NCBI GenBank assembly: GCA_050302175.1
Contig: JBNLAN010000016.1
Coordinates: 6,957 to 70,956, forward strand
From: Mariprofundaceae bacterium
Lineage (GTDB): Bacteria; Pseudomonadota; Zetaproteobacteria; Mariprofundales; Mariprofundaceae
Reading direction: 5' to 3'
DNA length: 64,000 nucleotides
The notes under the pieces are model-generated. The model was not told the DNA's origin. It was given only the letters and a program-made list of their open reading frames with translations, and ran no database searches. Shown in pieces: positions 20,237 to 29,756 of the stretch (its first letter is position 1; every line of letters starts with the position of its first letter). Position numbers and translations under genes: made by a program.

Positions 20237-22094
20237 TCGGCCCGATGGTGATCGGTGATGTGGTTGTAAAGCTCAGACGAACGGCAATCACACTCCTCAG
20301 AGCTTTTGCCGGACGGCGGAATGTCAGGCGCACATCAACATCGTCATCACGGCGCAGCATCAGATTGTGCCAGCGGCCTCCGCCATCCTGTACTTCCAGC
20401 TGGATCATGCCGCCCTTGAAGCTATTGTCTCCCACACTCGCCTTGTAGAGACGAATCATGGAAAGCTTGGTCGGCCTGTTCAGATCAAGCTGGGTCCAGC
20501 CGGTTTTTTTACTGCGATTCCAACGCGACAGATCGCTGAAAAACTCGTAGCTACCGCCTTTAAACTCATGCGAACCGGAAGCATCCACAGAAGATTTATC
20601 GCTGCGCTTCACCTGATACTCAGCGCTGAATGTCAGCGACCTGGAAGATGGCTTTTTAGGCGCCGGTGTCGATGGCTTCTCTTCCTTGGCAGCCGCTTTT
20701 TCTATCGGTTTTTTCTCCTCAACTACTGTCGTGTCAGCCGCACTTCCCGCACGCTGGGTGCCCTGCTCTTCAGCATAATTCAGGAGGCTGATCAGTACCC
20801 AGCCAACCGTGGCAAGTACGATCAACACTCCTGCCCAGACGACTGGGGCATGCCACGCCTTCGGAAGCTGCTCCCATGCTGTGCCTACTTTTATGCGTAG
20901 CTGCTCCAGCAATTGCTTCAAACCAAGCCTGAGCTTTTCAAAGCCCTTTTTCGCCTGCTCACTGATGCGCTTAGCGACTGCCGAAAATCCACCTGCAGTA
21001 GCCTCTTGACTGCTGTTGGAAACCTTTTTCCAGGCATTGATCAGCAATCGACGAGTGCGCAACACAAGCGCCCGGATCAGCCCCTTGGCAATCTGAAGAT
21101 TGTCGGGCTTCTCGCCCGGATCAGGGATACGAATAGCCGCCTTTTTACTACCCTCTGCATGCATGGAGATACGCAGCAAGGCCTGCTTGACCACATCGCA
21201 ATTCATTGGACGATCTGCAGGGGTTTTGGCAAGTAGTGTTAAAATCAGCTCGGACATGGCTGTAGGCAGTGCCGGATTCAGATCCAGCGGTGGCAAAGGC
21301 GGTTCGCGTATCTGCTTCTCCATGATTTCGAACTCGCCGCCCCCTGATGAAGAGACATCGAAGGGAAGTTTGCCCGTGCACATCTGATAAAGAAGAATAC
21401 CGAAAGCATAAAGATCGGTTCGAGCATCCACATCCTGATTCAGGATCTGTTCGGGCGCCATATAACGGAAGGAGCCAACCGTGGCTCCGCTTTGTGTCAG
21501 GTCTTCCTCGCCCTGCTCCGGCTTGGCCAAACCAAAATCCATCAACTTGACGGCTCCCTCAACCGAAAGCAGCACATTGGCAGGCTTGAGGTCCCGATGA
21601 ACCATGCCCTGCTTATGTGCCGCATCGAGTCCGGAAAGAATATCGCTACTGATGCGAATAATATCCTTCAGCTCCAGACCACCTTTTTCACGCATATACT
21701 GTTTGAGATTACGCCCGCGCACCATCTCCATAATCAGCGCCATATGCTCGCCATCCTCATACAGAGAAAGCAGGGTAACGATATTCGGATGAATAATCTT
21801 GGCATGCATACGCGCTTCCCGGCGGAAACGCTCTTTCAAATCATTGTGTCGCAACAGATGCGGATGCAAAACCTTGATGGCAACTTCGCGATTCAGCTTC
21901 TCGTCCATGGCATGATAAACAATACCCATGCCGCCTTCGCCAAGCTTGGAATCCATACGATAAGGCCCCAATCGAAGGGATTCATTATCTTTAAGAAAAA
22001 CCGCGCCGCAATTCGCGCAGGAGCTACGGGTTTCAGGATTATCTATTCCACAAGAGGGGCAGCGCATAGGGGATGGATTGTTCCAGTGGGCCAC
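20220..22094 (-). CDS. Hanks-type Ser/Thr protein kinase with N-terminal zinc ribbon, one TM and an extracytoplasmic beta-sandwich-like domain
   Basis: CPSCG...CANCG zinc ribbon. Kinase motifs are LGEGGMGIVY, VAIK, HRDLKPANVLL, DFGLAK and YMAPE. TM segment is VVWAGVLIVLATVGWVLISLL. Confidence 0.9.
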   Translation of the reverse strand: MAHWNNPSPMRCPSCGIDNPETRSSCANCGAVFLKDNESLRLGPYRMDSKLGEGGMGIVYHAMDEKLNREVAIKVLHPHLLRHNDLKERFRREARMHAKIIHPNIVTLLSLYEDGEHMALIMEMVRGRNLKQYMREKGGLELKDIIRISSDILSGLDAAHKQGMVHRDLKPANVLLSVEGAVKLMDFGLAKPEQGEEDLTQSGATVGSFRYMAPEQILNQDVDARTDLYAFGILLYQMCTGKLPFDVSSSGGGEFEIMEKQIREPPLPPLDLNPALPTAMSELILTLLAKTPADRPMNCDVVKQALLRISMHAEGSKKAAIRIPDPGEKPDNLQIAKGLIRALVLRTRRLLINAWKKVSNSSQEATAGGFSAVAKRISEQAKKGFEKLRLGLKQLLEQLRIKVGTAWEQLPKAWHAPVVWAGVLIVLATVGWVLISLLNYAEEQGTQRAGSAADTTVVEEKKPIEKAAAKEEKPSTPAPKKPSSRSLTFSAEYQVKRSDKSSVDASGSHEFKGGSYEFFSDLSRWNRSKKTGWTQLDLNRPTKLSMIRLYKASVGDNSFKGGMIQLEVQDGGGRWHNLMLRRDDDVDVRLTFRRPAKALRSVIAVRLSFTTTSPITIGPIELIQ

Positions 22095-22118
22095 TATATG
22101 TCAAGCGATGCGCATCAC

Positions 22119-23267
22119 TTAAAGTGAGTTAAATTTATTGGCGCTCGCAAGCTGCGCCAAATAGGGCGGCATCGCCTCCTCCACGCCTTTGGTCTGAATC
22201 AGAAGCTTGAATATCTCCCCCATACCAAACGGAAGCATCATGCGTTTGGCATGAGCCAGCATTTTGATGTCGTCTTCCTTGCCACCAAGGGCATACGCCT
22301 GCACCGCAGCCTGAACCGAAGGAGACTGAGCCAGCCACAACCCTTGCGGCATCAGGCAGGCAGACTTCAAACCACTTCTGTCGCCATGACGTGACAAGGC
22401 CGTAAAATCGACATGGGCGGTCAAGTCCATGCTGCCGGGATCGTTGAGTACGTCGGTTGTGGTCTGGTGACCAATATGGCCCAGCAGACTGCCTTCAATG
22501 CGTTGGGGGCGGTAATACTCCTGCCGGGTATAGCCATAGTCCACGCAGAAGAGATATCCCTTCTCCATGAAGGCTGCGACTTCTCTCTGCCATGCTTCCA
22601 GCCCGGGATTCCATTCACTGATATACCCACTAGGCCATTCCCTAGTTAAATCAGCGCCAATCTCCGGTCCATCTGTTAACGGCGTATCGGAATCGCACCA
22701 GATAAACCTTTCATCATCACAGGACACACCGCGCTCATATATGCTTCCGTCACGATAACAAAAACAGCGCACCGGAAACGCATCCGGCAATTCGTTGCAG
22801 ATCATCAGGCAGTTGGGAATAGCGGTAAGATCATCAAGCCCGGCATGGATGCTGACCTCGATCTCCGCATTTCGATATGCCTCTGCCTGACGCGCACGCA
22901 TATTGCTGCTGGCTTCAACAGCAACGAGTTCGGGGAATGGTAACGCTCCCTCCCGAAGATTCTTGGCGACTTCACACAGCAGCCGACCGCTACCTCCGCC
23001 CTGCTCAAGCAAAGTCCAGTGTTGCGGGCAACCCAGTTGCTGCCAGCCCCACTCGATCAAATCGGAAAAACCAAGCGCCAGCCACGGCCCCATGTCTCCG
23101 CCTGTCACAAAATCACCCGCCTCTCCGAAAACCTCTGCCTGCTCGTAGTAGCCCAGCCCAGGAGCATAAAGGGCTTGGCGCATAAACTCACTGAATGGAA
23201 TCCAGCCTCCATTTTCATTGATTTCATCGCGGATGATCCGCGCCAGCTCTTGTTGGCGGTCTGTCAT
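22119..23267 (-). CDS. SAM-dependent methyltransferase, DUF185 / MidA (NDUFAF7-like) family
   Basis: 382 aa starting at ATG 23267, with PFSEFMRQALYAPGLGYY, GDFVTGGDMGPWLA and LLEQGGGSGRL blocks typical of this family. The longer ORF-track start would run into the trxA promoter region. Confidence 0.8.
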   Translation of the reverse strand: MTDRQQELARIIRDEINENGGWIPFSEFMRQALYAPGLGYYEQAEVFGEAGDFVTGGDMGPWLALGFSDLIEWGWQQLGCPQHWTLLEQGGGSGRLLCEVAKNLREGALPFPELVAVEASSNMRARQAEAYRNAEIEVSIHAGLDDLTAIPNCLMICNELPDAFPVRCFCYRDGSIYERGVSCDDERFIWCDSDTPLTDGPEIGADLTREWPSGYISEWNPGLEAWQREVAAFMEKGYLFCVDYGYTRQEYYRPQRIEGSLLGHIGHQTTTDVLNDPGSMDLTAHVDFTALSRHGDRSGLKSACLMPQGLWLAQSPSVQAAVQAYALGGKEDDIKMLAHAKRMMLPFGMGEIFKLLIQTKGVEEAMPPYLAQLASANKFNSL

Positions 23268-23332
23268 GTTGACGCTACCCCTCCCTCGGTCTAACGTATG
23301 CGGCCTACCGACTACACAAATGAGGGTACCTG

Positions 23333-23665
23333 ATGTCATCCGACAAAATCATTCATGTAAGCGACGAAAGCTTCGATAACGATGTATTAAAAGCCCCGCA
23401 GGCTGTGCTTGTGGACTTCTGGGCGCCATGGTGCGGTCCCTGCAAGCAGATTGCGCCGATTCTGGACGAGGTTGCTGAAGAGATGCAAGCGCAGGTTACC
23501 GTCGCCAAAATTAACATCGACGATAATCCTAACACTCCTGGCAAATATGGCGTCCGTGGTATCCCTACCCTGATGCTTTTTGCCGGAGGCAATGTACAGG
23601 GAACCAAGGTTGGCGCAGTCAGCAAGTCCAAGCTGGTTGAATTCATCAACGAGCATCTGGATTAA
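23333..23665 (+). CDS. trxA: thioredoxin
   Basis: 110 aa with the WAPWCGPCK active site. GAGGG lies 6 nt upstream of the ATG. Confidence 0.96.
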   Translation: MSSDKIIHVSDESFDNDVLKAPQAVLVDFWAPWCGPCKQIAPILDEVAEEMQAQVTVAKINIDDNPNTPGKYGVRGIPTLMLFAGGNVQGTKVGAVSKSKLVEFINEHLD

Positions 23666-23685
23666 GCGGTAATCATTCAATTACA

Positions 23686-23714
23686 GGGCAGGCCTTTGTG
23701 CCTGCCTCTTTTTT
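23686..23714 (+). terminator. rho-independent terminator after trxA
   Basis: Hairpin gggcaggc-ctttgt-gcctgcc followed by tctttttt. The trmL ATG follows immediately. Confidence 0.6.
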
Positions 23715-24203
23715 ATGTCAAAAACAACCCCGGCACCGCTGCATATCGTGCTATTCGAGCCGGAAATTCCGCCGAACACTGGCAATATTGCTCGTCTCTG
23801 CGCCTGCACTGGCTGCCAGCTTCACCTGGTGCATCCGCTGGGCTTCAAAATCGATGATAAGCAGCTCAGGCGAGCCGGTCTCGATTACTGGCCCTATCTC
23901 AATGTACAGGAGCACCGCGACTGGAGTGCGTTGCGCGAACAGTTGCATGATACTGATCCCGAACGCTGGTTTGCCCTCTCCACCAAAGGCAGACAGTCGC
24001 TCTGGAAAACATCATTCCAGCCAGGAGATGTGCTTGTGTTCGGCCCGGAAAGTCGCGGGCTTCCCGATGATGTCCGGGAAGCGATGCAACCGATCTTCAT
24101 CCCCATGCGCAGCGATGCACCAGTGCGCTCACTAAATCTGTCGACGGCATGTGGTGTGGTTGTCTATGAGGCCTTAAGGCAGGTTATATTGAACATTAAC
24201 TAG
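23715..24203 (+). CDS. trmL: tRNA (cytidine/uridine-34-2'-O)-methyltransferase, SpoU/TrmL type
   Basis: 162-aa SPOUT fold with LFEPEIPPNTGNIARLC, LVFGPESRGLP and NLSTACGVVVYEALRQ. Confidence 0.85.
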   Translation: MSKTTPAPLHIVLFEPEIPPNTGNIARLCACTGCQLHLVHPLGFKIDDKQLRRAGLDYWPYLNVQEHRDWSALREQLHDTDPERWFALSTKGRQSLWKTSFQPGDVLVFGPESRGLPDDVREAMQPIFIPMRSDAPVRSLNLSTACGVVVYEALRQVILNIN

Positions 24204-24263
24204 GCGATTTAACTATTTAATTTATATAAATATATTATCTATATGTAAATTAGAAAAATCCTG

Positions 24264-25025
24264 TCATGTTTCAGCAGGCGGCTCCTGAGAGGGTGCCGCA
24301 TTTGAGCCCTTACCGAGCCTGGCTAGCAGAATGCCGACCTCGTATAGCAGGAGCATCGGAACCGCGAGCAGAATCTGGGAGATAATGTCCGGGGGAGTTA
24401 AAATCGCGGCAACGATAACCGACCATACAATGATGTAGCGGCGCTTTGTGGCAAGCGTCTGTACCTCAACCAACCCCAGCCGCACCAGAATCATCACAAT
24501 TATCGGAATCTGGAAGCTGAGCCCGAATGCAAACAACAGCTTCAAACATAGCGAGAGATACTCCTTGATGGCGGGCATTGCCTGAATGGTCTCGGTAGAG
24601 AAGCCCAGAAAAAATTTAAAAATCAATGGAAAAACAATGTAGAAGGCAAAAGCGCCACCTGCAAACAGCAACAGCACACTGAGCAGGAAATAACCGAGAA
24701 ATACCCGGCGCTCATGCTGATAAAGCCCCGGTGCCACAAAAGCCCAGATATGGTAAAAGGTGAAGGGAGCTGTTGCAAACAGGCTTAACAGCAACGCAAC
24801 TTTCAGATAGGTGAAAAAGACATCGGGCGCATTCAGAAAAATCAACGGAGTTCCGTCCGGTAACGCCTCACGGATCGGCATCGACAAATAGAAAAACACA
24901 GTATCGGAAAAATTCATCAACACGGCGACACCGGCAATATATACCAGCAATACGACCTTCAACCTGAAGCTCAGCTCTTTAAGATGCGCCAGCACGGGCG
25001 ATGCCCCCGGGACCTGCCCGCTCAT
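24264..25025 (-). CDS. tatC: twin-arginine translocase subunit TatC
   Basis: 253 aa, 6-TM TatC pattern (HLKELSFRL..., PGLYQHERR). ATGA overlap with tatB. Confidence 0.95.
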   Translation of the reverse strand: MSGQVPGASPVLAHLKELSFRLKVVLLVYIAGVAVLMNFSDTVFFYLSMPIREALPDGTPLIFLNAPDVFFTYLKVALLLSLFATAPFTFYHIWAFVAPGLYQHERRVFLGYFLLSVLLLFAGGAFAFYIVFPLIFKFFLGFSTETIQAMPAIKEYLSLCLKLLFAFGLSFQIPIIVMILVRLGLVEVQTLATKRRYIIVWSVIVAAILTPPDIISQILLAVPMLLLYEVGILLARLGKGSNAAPSQEPPAET

Positions 25026-25294
25026 TTTTCCCTGGCTACCGGCGGTGATTTTTTATCGCCCTCTTTCAGTGCCTTTTTGACTTCCTGACCCACGATTTGC
25101 CCTGTCTCTTTGACCGGGGCACTCAGTTGATCAACCTCTTCCGCCCACTGGCTGCGCACCTCATCTATCCAGCCCCGGGCCTGTCGGACAAAACCCGAAA
25201 TCTGGCGAAAAAAATCGGGCAGGCGCTCTGGCCCAAGCACAACAAACGCCACCACGCCAATCAGAATCAGCTCAAACATACCGATATCAGGCAT
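25022..25294 (-). CDS. tatB: twin-arginine translocase subunit TatB
   Basis: MPDIGMFELILIGVVAFVVLGPERLP. ATG 25294 is preceded by GGAGG. Confidence 0.85.
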   Translation of the reverse strand: MPDIGMFELILIGVVAFVVLGPERLPDFFRQISGFVRQARGWIDEVRSQWAEEVDQLSAPVKETGQIVGQEVKKALKEGDKKSPPVAREK

Positions 25295-25329
25295 GCCCAA
25301 CCTCCGCGCAAAAGCGAAGTATCATCATA

Positions 25330-25527
25330 CTATTTTTTACTTTCGTCGCTGTTGGCCTTGGCATCGTCGGTCTGATTAGCATCAGCATCATTCTCCGAGA
25401 GGTTTTTGCGGAAATTCCTGATACCGCGAGCCAGCCCAGCCCCAACCTCGGGCAGTTTCTTGGCACCAAACAGCACCACTACAATCACCAGTATAAGCAG
25501 CAACTCCTGCACACCGAGTCCGAACAT
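25330..25527 (-). CDS. tatA: twin-arginine translocase subunit TatA/E
   Basis: 65 aa, [32 protein letters not shown] 25527 is preceded by GAAGGAG. The upstream extension in the ORF track is implausible. Confidence 0.9.
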   Translation of the reverse strand: MFGLGVQELLLILVIVVVLFGAKKLPEVGAGLARGIRNFRKNLSENDADANQTDDAKANSDESKK

Positions 25528-25670
25528 ATTAGTAACTCCTTCGTCAAACGTTGGAACGCTTGCAGAATATGCGTTTTGCTGCCGGTGGCAACAACAAGGC
25601 GCGGCAAACATAGCATGAAGCAGCCAATGGGATAAGTGCAGGTTTGTCCGAAAGGCTTTCGGAAGCTATC

Positions 25671-27122
25671 ATGCAGCGCCGGCGAGACGGACAGGAGGCT
25701 TTTTTGTTCAAACGAATTTTGATTGCAAATCGTGGTGAGTGCGCAATCCGCATTATTCGCTCCTGCCGTGAACTCGGCATTGAAACGGTCGCGATCTATT
25801 CCGAAGCTGACAGCCGTGCCCTGCATGTAAAAAAGGCGGATAAGGCAATTCAGATCGGCCCTGACCCGGTTAAAAGCTATTTGAACATCCATCGTATTGT
25901 CGACATCGCCATCAAAACAGGTTGCGACGCCATTCATCCCGGCTACGGTTTTCTTTCGGAAAACGCGGACTTTGCTCGCACCATTCAGGAAGCAGGACTC
26001 TCTTATATTGGGCCTGGTCCGGATGCCATTAGTGATATGGGTAGCAAAACCAAGGCGCGCACCAGCATGATCGCAGCCGGGGTACCGGTAATCCCCGGCT
26101 CGGAGAGCTCCCTCTCCAGCGTAAAAGAGGCTGAAAAACTGGCCAAAGAGATGGGGTACCCAGTGATGCTGAAGGCAGCAGCCGGCGGCGGCGGACGCGG
26201 CATCCGGCGCTGTAATAATGCAGCAGAACTGCGTGCCAACTACACCATCACCCAACGAGAAGCTGCGGCGGCATTCGGTAATGACGAACTCTTCATGGAG
26301 AAGTGCATCGTCGAGCCGCATCACATCGAGTTCCAGATTCTGGCCGATTCTCATGGCAATGTAGTGCACCTGTTCGAGCGTGACTGCTCCATTCAGCGCC
26401 GAAATCAGAAGCTGATCGAAATCGCCCCATCCAACTATCTGGATGAAAAACTGCGCAAAAAGATGGGCGAAGTGGCGGTAAAAGCGGCAAAGGCTGTGAA
26501 TTACGTAAACGCAGGCACTGTCGAATTCTTGGTCGACATGGACAAAAACTTCTACTTCATGGAGATGAATACCCGCCTACAGGTGGAGCACCCGATCACC
26601 GAAGCGATTACCGGTGTTGATATCGTGGCACAGCAGATACGCATTGCCTCGGGTGAAAAACTGCCGTTTACGCAAAATGACCTACGCATCGATGGCCACT
26701 CCATTGAGTTCCGGGTTAATGCCGAAGATCCGCAAAACGATTTCTTGCCCAAGCCGGGCACTATCACCCGCTATTTTTCCCCGGGTGGCCCTGGCGTACG
26801 TGTCGATGGCTGTGTTTATCCTGGCTATGCCATCCCGCCCCACTATGACTCGATGTGCGCAAAACTCACCATCTGGGGCCCTAGCTGGGAAACAACAGTC
26901 GCCCGCGCCTTGCGCGCCTTAAGCGAATACGATATTCGGGGCGTCAAGACCACCCTGCCATTTTACCGGCAAATTGTTGCATCAGAGGGTTTTAAGTCTG
27001 GAGTCTTTCACACCGGTTTTCTGGAAGAGCACCCGGAGCTTTTACAATACACCCCATTTGAAGCCCGCGAAGATATCGCTGCTGCCGTGGCTGCGGTCAT
27101 CGCCGCCCATGCCGGCCTGTAA
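25671..27122 (+). CDS. pycA: biotin carboxylase subunit (two-subunit pyruvate carboxylase, subunit A; AccC-like)
   Basis: KRILIANRGECAIRIIRSC N-terminus, an ATP-grasp core (MLKAAAGGGGRGIR) and EMNTRLQVEHPITE. It is followed directly by a carboxyltransferase/biotinyl subunit. ATG 25671 chosen over TTG 25644. Confidence 0.88.
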   Translation: MQRRRDGQEAFLFKRILIANRGECAIRIIRSCRELGIETVAIYSEADSRALHVKKADKAIQIGPDPVKSYLNIHRIVDIAIKTGCDAIHPGYGFLSENADFARTIQEAGLSYIGPGPDAISDMGSKTKARTSMIAAGVPVIPGSESSLSSVKEAEKLAKEMGYPVMLKAAAGGGGRGIRRCNNAAELRANYTITQREAAAAFGNDELFMEKCIVEPHHIEFQILADSHGNVVHLFERDCSIQRRNQKLIEIAPSNYLDEKLRKKMGEVAVKAAKAVNYVNAGTVEFLVDMDKNFYFMEMNTRLQVEHPITEAITGVDIVAQQIRIASGEKLPFTQNDLRIDGHSIEFRVNAEDPQNDFLPKPGTITRYFSPGGPGVRVDGCVYPGYAIPPHYDSMCAKLTIWGPSWETTVARALRALSEYDIRGVKTTLPFYRQIVASEGFKSGVFHTGFLEEHPELLQYTPFEAREDIAAAVAAVIAAHAGL

Positions 27123-27139
27123 TTGAGAGAGGATAAAGA

Positions 27140-28987
27140 ATGACCAAAAAGCCCCATAAACTGGCAATTTCCGAGCTGGCCCTGCGTGATGGGCACCAGT
27201 CGCTGTTGGCAACCCGCATGCGCCTTGATGACATGCTGCCGATCTGCGAAAAGCTCGACCAAGTCGGCTTCTGGTCGATTGAGGCCTGGGGTGGTGCCAC
27301 CTTCGACACCTGCCTGCGTTACCTGAAGGAAGGGCCATGGCTGCGCTTGCGTGAGCTGGATAAGGCGCTACCCAACACACCGATCCAGATGCTCTTGAGG
27401 GGCCAGAATCTTCTGGGCTACCGTCATTATGCCGATGATGTCGTCAAAAAATTCGTCGATATGGCGGCCGCCAATGGTGTGGATGTATTCCGTATCTTCG
27501 ATGCCATGAATGATTTACGAAATGTTCGCGTTGCCATCAAGCAGGTCAAAGCCAACGACAAACATGCCGAAGGCTGTATCTGCTACACCACCAGTCCAGT
27601 ACACACCCTGCCCCACTTTATCGATCTCGCGAAAGGGCTTGAAGATATGGGCTGCGATACCATCGCCATCAAGGATATGGCGGGCCTGCTCACGCCCAAA
27701 TCAACCAAGGAGCTGATTACTGCGCTGAAAAATACTGTCGATATTCCGTTGCATTTGCACTGCCATGCAACTGCAGGCATGGCGGAACTGGTGCAGTGGG
27801 AAGCTGTGCATGCCGGTTGCGATATTATCGATACCGCTATCAGTCCGCTGGCGGGTGGCACCTCACATGCGCCGACCGAAGCGATGGTTGCAGCATTCTC
27901 CGGCACTGAATTCGACACAGGACTCGATCTCGACCTGCTTCAGGATATCGCCAGTTATTTCCGAAAAATTCGCAAGAAATATAAACGATTTGAATCTGAT
28001 TTCACTGGCGTGGATACGCGAGTACAAAGCAATCAGATCCCCGGAGGCATGATCTCGAACCTTGCCAATCAGTTGAAAGAGCAAGGCGCACTCGATCGCA
28101 TGGATGAGGTTTTGGAAGAGGTTCCGCGCGTTCGCAAGGACTTCGGCTATCCACCACTGGTCACACCGACCAGCCAGATTGTCGGCACACAGGCAGTGCT
28201 TAATGTCGTCTCCGGCAAAAAATACAAGGTGATCACCAACGAGACCAAGGCATATCTGGCCGGACAGTATGGCAAGGCACTGGGTGAGATTAACCCGGAC
28301 GTACAAAAGCTCGCACTGGGTGATGAAGAGCCGATCAATGTGCGTCCGGCAGACCTGCTGGAGAATGAACTCGACCAGCTCACCCGTGAAGTCGGCGACA
28401 AAGCAACCTCCGTGGAGGACGTGCTCTCCTATGCCATGTTCCCTACCATTGCACTCGAATACTTCGAGGAGCGTGAGTCGGGCAACTTCAAACCGGAACC
28501 ACTGGATGAACCGGAAGCAGCCCCTGCCACATCAGCAACACCTGGGCTGGCGCCGACTGAATTTAACGTCACTATTCACGGTGAACAGTATCATATCAAA
28601 ATCGAGGGGACCGGCCATCGCAGCGAAGAAAATCGCCCCTTCTACGTGAAGGTTGATAATGTGCTAGAGGAAGTGTTTATCGAGACACTGACCGAAGTAG
28701 TGCCGACTCTGGATGGGCGAGATATCGATGCTAACAAGGCTTCAAAAGGCTCCAAGCGCCCAAAGGCGCGTTCCGATAACGATGTGACCACGCCGATGCC
28801 GGGCCGTATTGTCTCCATCAACGTTAAAGCAGGTGATACTGTCAAGGCTGGTGACATGGTACTGGTGGTGGAAGCGATGAAAATGGAGAACCCGGTACAC
28901 GCGCCGGTCTCCGGTACTGTCGAGACTATCCATGTGCAGGTTGGCGACAACGTCAACCCGGACGAATGCCTGATGCAGATCGCCTGA
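27140..28987 (+). CDS. pycB: carboxyltransferase (5S) + biotin-carrier subunit (pyruvate carboxylase subunit B / oxaloacetate decarboxylase alpha-like)
   Basis: 615 aa with a TIM-barrel carboxyltransferase N-terminus (LRDGHQSLLATRM) and a C-terminal biotinyl domain with EAMKMEN. Confidence 0.88.
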   Translation: MTKKPHKLAISELALRDGHQSLLATRMRLDDMLPICEKLDQVGFWSIEAWGGATFDTCLRYLKEGPWLRLRELDKALPNTPIQMLLRGQNLLGYRHYADDVVKKFVDMAAANGVDVFRIFDAMNDLRNVRVAIKQVKANDKHAEGCICYTTSPVHTLPHFIDLAKGLEDMGCDTIAIKDMAGLLTPKSTKELITALKNTVDIPLHLHCHATAGMAELVQWEAVHAGCDIIDTAISPLAGGTSHAPTEAMVAAFSGTEFDTGLDLDLLQDIASYFRKIRKKYKRFESDFTGVDTRVQSNQIPGGMISNLANQLKEQGALDRMDEVLEEVPRVRKDFGYPPLVTPTSQIVGTQAVLNVVSGKKYKVITNETKAYLAGQYGKALGEINPDVQKLALGDEEPINVRPADLLENELDQLTREVGDKATSVEDVLSYAMFPTIALEYFEERESGNFKPEPLDEPEAAPATSATPGLAPTEFNVTIHGEQYHIKIEGTGHRSEENRPFYVKVDNVLEEVFIETLTEVVPTLDGRDIDANKASKGSKRPKARSDNDVTTPMPGRIVSINVKAGDTVKAGDMVLVVEAMKMENPVHAPVSGTVETIHVQVGDNVNPDECLMQIA

Positions 28988-29006
28988 TTGTAAATTAGCT
29001 TTCAAC

Positions 29007-29036
29007 AAGCCCTGCCAGTGGCGGGGCTTTGTCTTC
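29007..29036 (+). terminator. weak hairpin after pycB
   Basis: aagccctgc-cagtg-gcggggctt (one G.T pair) followed by tgtcttc. The T-tract is poor. Confidence 0.35.
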
Positions 29037-29233
29037 GATACCAAACACTTACTTTGCCACAACATGGAACGATCGGTGTGCTTGCCATCATGCAACATGC
29101 CACTTATAGTCATATCGCTTAAGGAGTAATATGAGATTCACCCGTAGACATCCCTTCGGGATTCTCTCCTGCACTGAAAATCTAATGCTCCTTTGGTAAA
29201 TCAATGGCAAACAGCGAGTAGGAGATTCGAGCC

Positions 29234-29587
29234 ATGAGAAAAGTATTTGCGATTGCAATATTATTGAACGTTTCCGCCTGCGTTACCATCGAAGCACCGG
29301 AACATTTGGTGGCTGATACCGTAGAGGCAGGCAAGAGTGCCTATCATTCTGTAAAGGAGAGCATGTCTGAGGATGATTCAGCAGAAGGCCGGACGTTTTC
29401 TCATCGCTATATGCTTCCTGGCAACGAATTGACGAGCACATCTCATTTCCAATGCATCAATAGTGCGCTGGAAACCGCCAAGAAAACCATGAATATTTAC
29501 AATGTTCAAATCACGAAGACAGCAACATCCTTAATCGTCGAAGATGGCAAATCTTTTCTGGAATGTAATGTAGTGGTTGCGAATTAG
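29234..29587 (+). CDS. small hypothetical lipoprotein
   Basis: 117 aa with a signal peptide plus lipobox (LLNVSAC). AGGAG lies upstream of the ATG. No family recognised. Confidence 0.5.
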   Translation: MRKVFAIAILLNVSACVTIEAPEHLVADTVEAGKSAYHSVKESMSEDDSAEGRTFSHRYMLPGNELTSTSHFQCINSALETAKKTMNIYNVQITKTATSLIVEDGKSFLECNVVVAN

Positions 29588-29637
29588 CATATTCGTCTGG
29601 CTGTGAGCATGGATTCATGCAAATTTCAGGCGGGCAC

Positions 29638-29667
29638 AAAAAAGAGGGGCTGCTTTCGCAGCCCCTC
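29638..29667 (-). terminator. rho-independent terminator downstream of tRNA-Arg(ACG)
   Basis: Perfect 10-bp stem gaggggctgc-tttc-gcagcccctc. On the minus strand it is followed by TTTTTT. Confidence 0.65.
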
Positions 29668-29675
29668 ACCTATAA

Positions 29676-29752
29676 TGGCGCTCCCTGAGCGATTCGAACG
29701 CCCGGCCTTCTGATTCGTAGTCAGATGCTCTATCCAGCTGAGCTAAGGGAGC
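29676..29752 (-). tRNA. tRNA-Arg (anticodon ACG)
   Basis: Hand-folded cloverleaf: acceptor GCTCCCT/AGGGAGC, anticodon loop CTACGAA, T-loop TTCGAAT, encoded CCA. Close to E. coli tRNA-Arg(ACG). Confidence 0.9.
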
Positions 29753-29756
29753 CTGA

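Noticed and set aside
24204-24263. Very AT-rich 60-bp spacer between convergent trmL and tatC, considered as an sRNA or terminator.
   Set aside because: I could find no stable hairpin or promoter-like hexamer pair. It is probably just an AT-rich 3' spacer, possibly with a Rho-dependent or intrinsic-curvature role.
25485-26369. 294-aa minus-strand ORF.
   Set aside because: It is antisense to the well-supported biotin carboxylase gene and runs into tatA. No motifs were found, so I treat it as a shadow ORF.
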